IMG/VR virus record: IMGVR_UViG_3300024517_000020
Location: 1-61,587 of that record
Origin: a virus
Taxonomy: Duplodnaviria; Caudoviricetes
Reading direction: 5' to 3' (one strand)
DNA length: 61,587 nt
Positions 18,177-26,400 of the stretch are shown piece by piece (the stretch's first letter is position 1; each line of letters opens with the position of its first letter). The translations under genes and the position numbers were made by a program. A model generated the notes under the pieces. That model had not been told where the DNA came from. It made no database searches and saw only the letters and a program-made list of their open reading frames with translations.

Positions 18177-21039
18177 ATTCAAAAACATCATCAAATGCTT
18201 TGCGTTTAGTTACTTTTCTTTTTGATTTTGCAACTTTGTCAATATTATCAAGTTCTGTAAATACACCGCCATAACTATCTGACTTTCTACCAAATCCATA
18301 AAACCCGATCTTATCAGTTCGTACATCCCATGCGGTGAACTTGCGTTTGCTTTGTGGTTTTCCTTTATACCCTATACCACCGCCCCCACTTCGGCCGCTA
18401 AAGTTTGGCCATCCAAAAGGTAATACAAATCCTCTTACACCTTTTGGCGGTTTTCCCATTATTAGATCAGGGGTTTTCTTTATTGGTAAATTATCTGCAA
18501 ATCGTATAGGAAGGCCATCAGGTGTTTTCACCTTCTTTATTGGAAGTGTACTTTTTGGTTTTACTGGCAAATTCTTTGTTCTTATGATAGGTAAATCATC
18601 CACAATTTTTGCAATATTCTTAAAGACAGTTGGCACTTTTGTGCTTGGTACATTTTTTAATTTTGTATTGATAACATCATCATACAGTTTTAATTCAGAA
18701 GGTGTAGGATCTTTTGGTAATTTCTTGGCTTCTGGACTTTTTAATATCTTTAACAATTCAGTTTGTTTTGCCTGTGAAGGGTTTGTAATTCCTTGTTGTT
18801 TTAAATTCCATTGTTTTTTTGCTGCTGCAATTTCTGATGCTGTAAACTTTGGTGCAGTTGGTGTTTGTACTGCAGATTTTACAGTATTTTTTCCAAATAT
18901 GTTTACAAGTTTTGTAATTCCTTTTTGTGCAAGACGTGCCCCGCCTGCTATTGGGTACATAGCCCCTTCAAATACTGTAGTTAATCCCGCTTCCTGCCAG
19001 TTACGTTCAAAGTTTTTGTCTATCTGTTTTTTCTCAGTTTCATAAGATTGACCTGCAGCACCTTCGGTGTTAGAGCCAAATCCATTCCAATATCCTGCAC
19101 CTTGTTGTGCAGTTCCAATAGCCGCACCAAATCCAAAGGATTCTGCATTAGTTACGGGAGTGGAATAATAATCCACATACTTTTCATTGGCATATTTTTC
19201 AGGCTCTAGAGTTTTTGATGCAAATACTCCTAAATTATTAATTGATGCAATAACATTCCATCCAGTTTTTACCAATGCCCCCGTTACGGGATCATTAACA
19301 TTCCCAAATTCATCTCTTGGCATGTCTTTTGGCCTAATATCATTTTGTACATATCCAAGCCATCCTTCACTATCTTTCATGTACCCGCCCCATTCCTCAA
19401 AGTCTTTTTGATTGTCTTGGTACTGTTCATTTAGTGGAGTGTATAGAGATTCTAATGCCTCACCTTGTGCAGTAATTTCAGCATGCTCTTTTTCATAATA
19501 TGTCCATTCTGCATCAGTTGTAGGTTGTGGAAGTAAATTAAACGCATCTAGTCTTGTTGTGTATGCAGTATGTTTTTCATCATATTGTGAAGATAATATT
19601 TCATAACTTACAGGTTCTTCCTTTGAAGAAGTCTTAGGGGATTGAGTGAATAAACTCAAACCCCCTAAGAATCCTGCAGCATATGGCGGAACGGGTATGG
19701 CTTTGGCGGTTTTCTGTGCAGTTGGTACGGAACTGAAATTCCATTCAGATCCAGAGCTCGATTTTAAATTACTGGCTATAATATTACCTTGTGAATTTAC
19801 TATATTTCCCAATTTTGAATTTTCTGGAAATTTTCCCGTTTCTCTATTTAGTTTGTTATAATTCAAATCCTTTACAGTTCCATCACCTATTCCAAATACT
19901 CCAGATGATTCTTTCATTTTTCCAGTTCTGTTATCAAAAATAGCATTGTAAGTTCCAACGTTTGGGTTTTGAGAAAGAGCTGCACTTCTTATCTTCATAG
20001 CTTGTGAGGCATTTGGTGCGGATCTAATAGCGTTAAATAATTCTCGTTGTTGTGCATTAATTTCTCTTTGAGCCCTTTGTCTATCAATAATGTTTTCAAT
20101 TTGGGTTTTCTCTTTTGCACTAACTGGCTTATCATCCCTTGAAAATTGCATTATGTTTCCTGCAGGGGGTGTATATCCTTCCTTAACTACAGGTGCTAAT
20201 GTTATGTCAGTTTTTGTAGATCCCGTTAATTTATTCTGATAAGTTGCGGGGTTACTTGTTACGTTGCCCCAATGCTCTCTATCTTCTTGTAGATAACCTG
20301 CAACTTGTGCCCTTGCTTGTGCGGATCTTTGTTGACTTTGTTTTAATTCTTCTTTTTTATATGCAGCATCAGCTATCCCTACTCTTTTATGATATTCTCC
20401 TTTTGAAATTTTACCATATAACAAATCATTTCGTGCAAACACTTTTTGGACTTGTCTTGCAGAATTATGATCGAGACTTCTATACCCCCTGCCAAATCCT
20501 TGTGCCTCATCTTTCAATGCCTGATGAGCAGGATATGATAAAACACCAATATTAGCAAACTCAAATCCATCTGCAGTTAGATGGGCATATCTAATGTTTT
20601 TTTCAGCTTCGGCTTTTACAGTTTCCGCTTTTTTATTGTGATTATTGTATAGGGAATTATCAAACCCATGTCCTGCGTATGATTGTTTATACTTGTGAGG
20701 ATTTTCATTAACTGATTTATCATATTGTGTTTGAATTACGTTAAACTCTGCAGCACGTTTTGCTGCTTGTGTTTCTGTTGCTTGTTTTGATTGTAATGCA
20801 GCATTAGCAGCAGCGGCTTGTGATGCTTTGGCGGCATTTTCTGCAGCACTCTTTTGCGACCATTTCAAGTTGTACCCTGCATTAGCTACAGTTGCAGCAG
20901 TTTGTGCAGCAGTTGCAGCAGCAGTAGATGCTGCAGTATTTGCCGCAGTTGATTCTGCTTGTTCTTTAGGTAATTGTGTATTTAATTTTGATAAATTCTC
21001 TTGTGCTTCTTGTACTATCTTAGCCCAATTACGCTGCAT
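18160..21039 (-). CDS. Large low-complexity protein (Ala-rich coil, Gly-rich hydrophobic core, Lys/Pro-rich tail); putative virion/DNA-delivery protein
   Basis: 959-aa ORF. Architecture and C-terminal motif (DVRTDKIGFY / NVRLDNVVGMY) resemble 50888-55501. Confidence 0.8.
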   Translation of the reverse strand: MQRNWAKIVQEAQENLSKLNTQLPKEQAESTAANTAASTAAATAAQTAATVANAGYNLKWSQKSAAENAAKASQAAAANAALQSKQATETQAAKRAAEFNVIQTQYDKSVNENPHKYKQSYAGHGFDNSLYNNHNKKAETVKAEAEKNIRYAHLTADGFEFANIGVLSYPAHQALKDEAQGFGRGYRSLDHNSARQVQKVFARNDLLYGKISKGEYHKRVGIADAAYKKEELKQSQQRSAQARAQVAGYLQEDREHWGNVTSNPATYQNKLTGSTKTDITLAPVVKEGYTPPAGNIMQFSRDDKPVSAKEKTQIENIIDRQRAQREINAQQRELFNAIRSAPNASQAMKIRSAALSQNPNVGTYNAIFDNRTGKMKESSGVFGIGDGTVKDLNYNKLNRETGKFPENSKLGNIVNSQGNIIASNLKSSSGSEWNFSSVPTAQKTAKAIPVPPYAAGFLGGLSLFTQSPKTSSKEEPVSYEILSSQYDEKHTAYTTRLDAFNLLPQPTTDAEWTYYEKEHAEITAQGEALESLYTPLNEQYQDNQKDFEEWGGYMKDSEGWLGYVQNDIRPKDMPRDEFGNVNDPVTGALVKTGWNVIASINNLGVFASKTLEPEKYANEKYVDYYSTPVTNAESFGFGAAIGTAQQGAGYWNGFGSNTEGAAGQSYETEKKQIDKNFERNWQEAGLTTVFEGAMYPIAGGARLAQKGITKLVNIFGKNTVKSAVQTPTAPKFTASEIAAAKKQWNLKQQGITNPSQAKQTELLKILKSPEAKKLPKDPTPSELKLYDDVINTKLKNVPSTKVPTVFKNIAKIVDDLPIIRTKNLPVKPKSTLPIKKVKTPDGLPIRFADNLPIKKTPDLIMGKPPKGVRGFVLPFGWPNFSGRSGGGGIGYKGKPQSKRKFTAWDVRTDKIGFYGFGRKSDSYGGVFTELDNIDKVAKSKRKVTKRKAFDDVFEFNFDF

Positions 21040-21128
21040 TATAAACTCCTATGAGCTATACCTCGAATATTCCCCATGCGAAATAGACGAGATATAACCA
21101 TGACTACTAATTACGTTTAGCATATTTA

Positions 21129-21548
21129 TTAAATTACTGAAATACCAATTAGAACAGATTCTTTTTGTACTATCTCAATAAACTCTTTGTACTTGTTTCC
21201 ATCACTTTCTAAATGAGTTAGTTCGGCATATTCTGCAACATGTTTGATGTTTACTGCAAATACCTTATGCCCCATCTTGATGGGGAAAAATGGCCTGCAT
21301 GAAGTATCGTTTGGAAACTCATTCCATAGATTAATGATTTCCTCAAATTCACAATAGATCTTTTCAAACTTTTTTAAATCAGATTCGTGATCTTGTTTCT
21401 TTGTAATCTTCTTTAAGCAGCATTGACATATTTTATTTTCAACGTATGTAATATGACCGCAAGGATAACAAAAGAGAGTTTTCTTTGTGGTATTTTTGAT
21501 ATTACCTAACTGATGGCGGCAATCGCCTTTGTGATACTGTAAGGTCAA
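21129..21548 (-). CDS. Cys-rich hypothetical protein
   Basis: CYPC...CQCC. Confidence 0.65.
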   Translation of the reverse strand: MTLQYHKGDCRHQLGNIKNTTKKTLFCYPCGHITYVENKICQCCLKKITKKQDHESDLKKFEKIYCEFEEIINLWNEFPNDTSCRPFFPIKMGHKVFAVNIKHVAEYAELTHLESDGNKYKEFIEIVQKESVLIGISVI

Positions 21549-21892
21549 CCGTCTTTATTTAACATGGACATTAAACCCCTATCAGGTTTGCCCTTGTTCT
21601 CCATACGATATTCTGCCTTTGAAGTTGTTGTGGTTAGTTTATCTAACATCTTTCCGTTTAGACTTGGGAACGCTGCTAGAGAATAATCAAATGCCAATCC
21701 CTTTGAGGATAATCTTTTTCTTAATCGTCTATCAATGTGTCTTGCTCTATGGTGGTATTGTTCCACATCTCTAACCAATAAAATAGCACCCACATCAGGA
21801 AAAATACTTGTCTTATACCCTAACATTCTAGGATCAATATTGCCTTCTGAATCCCCAGCTCCACGCTTTACAATATCTTCTAATGACGACAT
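21545..21892 (-). CDS. Conserved hypothetical protein
   Basis: C-terminus (LDKL...Y...RGLMSMLNKD) matches 32338-32811. Confidence 0.7.
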   Translation of the reverse strand: MSSLEDIVKRGAGDSEGNIDPRMLGYKTSIFPDVGAILLVRDVEQYHHRARHIDRRLRKRLSSKGLAFDYSLAAFPSLNGKMLDKLTTTTSKAEYRMENKGKPDRGLMSMLNKDG

Positions 21893-21937
21893 GGTTAAAC
21901 CTACTAATTAGATTTAGTATATAGATTTAGTGTAATA

Positions 21938-22342
21938 TCATTGTGGATAGTGAATCCTTTGCTGAATTAATTGGAAAAGCATTATTCCCATAGCAATAGC
22001 TGCCAACATTAATCCTATTCTGTATGCTTCTGGACTCAATCCAGTTATTGCCCCTGCTGCAACAAGGCCAACAATTCCAACAAGTGCGGTGTTTTGTACT
22101 CTAATCCATAGAACGGAAATCAAGATACCCCATAATATTGCAATAGTCAGATCTCCAAAGATAGGATCATAGGCCTTGAGCATAGCACCAAATGGATCAT
22201 CTAACATTCCACAAAGCGGATCAACCCCGTCAGTTTTTTCAAAACAATAGTCGCCTGCAGCAAAAGCAGTTGGAACGGATATACATAACATGACAATAAC
22301 GCCTAATGCTGCAAGTAACATTACTAAGTATCTACTAAGCAC
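21938..22342 (-). CDS. Multi-TM membrane protein with Cys pair
   Basis: Homolog of 30558-30977 (CF...CG...aL.pfd.i.G). Confidence 0.78.
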   Translation of the reverse strand: MLSRYLVMLLAALGVIVMLCISVPTAFAAGDYCFEKTDGVDPLCGMLDDPFGAMLKAYDPIFGDLTIAILWGILISVLWIRVQNTALVGIVGLVAAGAITGLSPEAYRIGLMLAAIAMGIMLFQLIQQRIHYPQ

Positions 22343-22356
22343 CCGTAATTAAAGAA

Positions 22357-23406
22357 TTAATCTGCTTTAACCCATAATTGAGGAACTTTTGAAGTGGAAT
22401 TATCAATTTGCTTCACTACTACAGTTTCTTCAATAGATTCAATGGGTTCAGGTTGTAATGTTCCAACTATCTCTGTGGCTTCTTCTACTACTGTATCAAC
22501 TACAGTTGGTGTTGTTACAACATCAGCAACAACAGGTGCAGCAGCTACAGGTGCATCTTTGGCCAAGAAGGGCAGGAACGTTCCCAAATCACTTCCTGCC
22601 AATATCATAACTGCTATTGCACCGCCAATTAGAACTGCAAAGATAACTGCAGCACTTGCGAAATTCTTAACTTCTGGACTACCCATTTTACGAATCTTAT
22701 CGGCATACCTTTCTGCTGCATCTAATAGAGTGTCAACATCAGCAGGGTTGTAAGTGTGGTAATCTTCTAAGAATCTTTGTGCATCCATTGATATGGCTTC
22801 TTGGATTTCTATTTTTTCCAAGTTTCTTAACTTTTCAACTAATTCAACAAAAGAAACATCCCCTGATTCAATTTGATCAGAGAGTAAATCGGCATCTGAT
22901 TTCTCTATCAGGTTTGCCCTAACTAAAGATTCAACTAAGACCAATCCTTGTTCTTCATCAGGTAGCTGTACCTCGTCTAGTTGTTTTGAAACATCATCAA
23001 TTTTTGTATTGATCTTTTCTTGTTTGCGAACAAAAATATCCTTTAATCTTTCAATGGCTTCTTTTGGCTCATATCTGCCAATTAGTTTTCTTAACTCAGA
23101 GCCATGTCTAACATCTTTTCTTTTAATCTTAACTAACTTGTTTTTGTAAGCAAAATCATCTAGTGCTTTCATTACTCTAGGATCTACAGGTTTTGCGGAA
23201 CGTGTGTCATAAAAGTAAACTACGGTTTTACCATATCTAATTCCCTTTTGAGGATCAACCTCAAAGACACCTTGATTTTTAATTAAAAAGAATTTGGTGT
23301 GAACTATCTTTACATAATGAATTTGTAAACCTACAGGGGTAAACATCATAACTACCGCCTTTCGTGAATTACCCATTTGCCTACTAGGAAAATGAAATGC
23401 TAACAT
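22357..23406 (-). CDS. Membrane-anchored protein with helical cytoplasmic domain
   Basis: Single C-proximal TM and acidic tail. Same architecture as 31002-32036. Confidence 0.8.
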   Translation of the reverse strand: MLAFHFPSRQMGNSRKAVVMMFTPVGLQIHYVKIVHTKFFLIKNQGVFEVDPQKGIRYGKTVVYFYDTRSAKPVDPRVMKALDDFAYKNKLVKIKRKDVRHGSELRKLIGRYEPKEAIERLKDIFVRKQEKINTKIDDVSKQLDEVQLPDEEQGLVLVESLVRANLIEKSDADLLSDQIESGDVSFVELVEKLRNLEKIEIQEAISMDAQRFLEDYHTYNPADVDTLLDAAERYADKIRKMGSPEVKNFASAAVIFAVLIGGAIAVMILAGSDLGTFLPFLAKDAPVAAAPVVADVVTTPTVVDTVVEEATEIVGTLQPEPIESIEETVVVKQIDNSTSKVPQLWVKAD

Positions 23407-23441
23407 GGTTAGTATTTACTTAGTAGGTTAGTATATAGAGT

Positions 23442-26400
23442 TTACAGGAATTTCTTTCCTATCATTACACCCAATGCACCCATGATTAACATAAGTCCAA
23501 AGATGCCTTCATCAATAATGAAGAATCCTAATCCCATGAGTATTCCAACTGCTGCCAATAATATTATGATAAACGTTGGTGCGGTTCTTCCAGTTGCTTG
23601 GCCTGCAATTAACAACACAAAGATTACAATCATTGGTGCACCCAAGATAGAATAGGAAGTTTCTGCACCCGTAACTGGATCAACTGTAGTTGTACCAAGT
23701 GCTGCATCAAGTCCTGATAATCCAGATAACAAGGCGTTACTTCCTAGTGCTTCTGATTGTGCTGCAAACTGCAAATCATTATCACTCCAACAATAAACAT
23801 AGATGTTATTTCCTTTTGCAACATTTACAGTAGCATCATAAATATTTACATTATTTTGAGTTGTGTATGCTAAACCACTTGGTAAATTATTTAGATCTCT
23901 TATTTGGCCTGCGGTGCTTGGTGTCATAAAGGTACAAGAGCCATTAAATGGGAATGTATCTTTAGCCCACTTTAATTCAATTTCATCAGCAGCAGAATCA
24001 GTTGGGTGTGGGGTTCTTGCAATAGTATAAGCAATAGTTCCGCCCCCTTCTGCAGCACCCACCCTGCTAACTGTAGCACCTGTAACTAGTAGAGAATTGG
24101 AATTATACGTTGTAGTATCTCCATTACTTGCAGTAGCTGCAATTAACAAGCCATGTTGAATTGCATCAGGTAGTGTAATGGCATAAGTTCCTGTAAGGCT
24201 TGGATTGTTAATCGTACTAACTATAGCCCCATCCAAAACAAATTCTATCTTATCAAGTGTAGGAGTTGGATTTCCTGCAACTGTAATTGTATTATCTATA
24301 ATCACAACATCACCCCATGAGTTGTTTAGTGTAATTGTATTTGTTCCAGTTGGCGGGGTGTTTGTAGTTACTGTTATAACATTACTCCAAACAGAAGCAC
24401 CCACATTGTTAATTGCTCTAACCTTAATGTCATAAGCAGTATTTCCAGTTAATCCAGTTTGTGAATCTGCATTAACTAAACCCACATTAGTTGTTACTCC
24501 ATCAACTGAAATTTCATAAGATATTAGATTAGAATTATTATCATTTGGAATAGTCCATGTAGAATCTATCTGTGAGGAATTAACTGCACCGCTTGTTAGT
24601 ACAGGTGCATCAGGTACATTAGGTGTTGTAATGGTAGAATAACTGCTTTGTAATCCCTCGCCAACATTATTCAAACTGGAAACTTTGTAATAATATTGGC
24701 CTGCAGCACTTACAGTATCAACATAACTGAAAACTGAATTTCCCAATGTAGTTAGTAAAGTGTAAGTTACATCATCAGAACTTTTGTAGATATTATATCC
24801 AGTAATGGCAGAACCTTGATCATCAGGACTTGCAGTAAATCCTATTGCAATATCTAACGGATTACTGTTTGGATTAGAAATTGTAGTAGATATGGTTGCA
24901 GGTGCATCAGGTACATTAGGTGTTGTAATGTTTGCAGTATTACTATTCCCACTAGTTCCATGTGTTGAAATTGCTTTTACATAATGAGTGTGAGATCCTA
25001 TTGAAACTGTATCGGTGTAAGAATTAACTAAACCAACTGTATCAATTAATGTGTTATCTCTGTATATTTCAAATCCAGTTAAAGTTCCCGAACCTACATT
25101 TGTAGGGCTAGAGTATTGTAAGAAAACATCTAAAGGAGAATTATTTGTATCTTGAATGGTACTAGTTAATCCCGTTGGTGGATTAGGTGGCGTTCCTGCA
25201 AGTCCAGATACGAAAGGAGTAAGGAAAGCACTATCACCAATGGCATTGGTACTTTTTACAGAATAATAGTAGACATTTCCACCCACAACCGTTCCATCAT
25301 CATGTTCTGAAAGGGTAGGTGATGCGATTAGACTTGGTGCGACACCCCTCTCATAGATGGTATCAATTTCTGTGCCAGTGAGGGCATTAGAGTTGATGAA
25401 ATATTCGTCAAGTGTTCCGTCTAGGGTTGTGGTGTAATCCACTGGAACAATCTCGTTCAAGTCAGAAGTTATAACAGGTTGATAACCGTTTGCAGGAGCT
25501 GAAACAGTATGTAAGTAATATTCTGTATTGGTATTACTTGTAGTGAATGTATGTCTTAATACGTTGTTTTGATAAACTTCAATATTTCCTGAACTATTAA
25601 CTGTCATTTTCCAGTTATCAGAATTACTGTAACCACCACTGTAAAGATAATCAACTGAACCACCTATCATCATATATGCACCGTTATTAGCACTGTTGAA
25701 GTATATTCCAAAACCAATATCATTTTGAGCACCCGAACCGTATGAAGAACCTACTGCACTTAATCCAGTCTTTGCAGAATCATCTAATGATTGTGTAAAT
25801 ATTACTGAATCCCCTGTACCAACTGTTCCCATAGAACGACATTCAGATGGACTTGAAGAAGTACCAGTATGTGTTGCAGATGAACCACTTATAGTACAAA
25901 GTGTATTACTTGAAGATTCCCAATATACAGTTTCACTACTACTACCCAAACTTGTAGCATCAGTTGCAGTTGTTTTTGAAATTCCATTCTGATAGATAGT
26001 CCAAAGGTTTGATGAATCTCTAGTGAATGAATAGTGCTGTGGGGTTACGGTGTTGTCAGTTAATCCAGTTGCAGAAACCATTACACCCCCTGTTTGATAA
26101 TCATTTGTAATATCCCCAAATCTATAATTTGTTGCAACAAAATAATATGAACCACTTGCAGTATTAGTTGATGTGTACAATGATACACCATTTTTCATAT
26201 AATTGACTACGCCACTTGATGATACATCAATACTAAATGTATCTGTAATACTCCAACTACCATGTGTCGCCCAATTATTTACACCTGCTCCCCCCTCAAC
26301 AATTATAATCCCTGAACCATCAGTATACATTGCAAAGTCCATTCCAGAATGGGATGCACCACTTGGAATTGATGTTGCTTTATCAATACCCACCATTTGA

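Larger units (their letters stand above)
1..25356. mobile_element. Viral genome unit A (putative spindle-shaped archaeal virus/provirus, nearly complete)
   Basis: Contains a capsid-like two-helix protein, ATPase, membrane-protein cluster, integrase, Hjc-like nuclease and HNH genes. Bounded by the adhesin N-terminal half (left) and an adhesin C-terminal half (right). GATC/GGCC/CTGCAG-rich. Right boundary is inferred. Confidence 0.75.

Noticed and set aside
18335-19045. 236-aa plus-strand ORF
   Set aside because: Entirely antisense to the 959-aa gene, with no independent motif.
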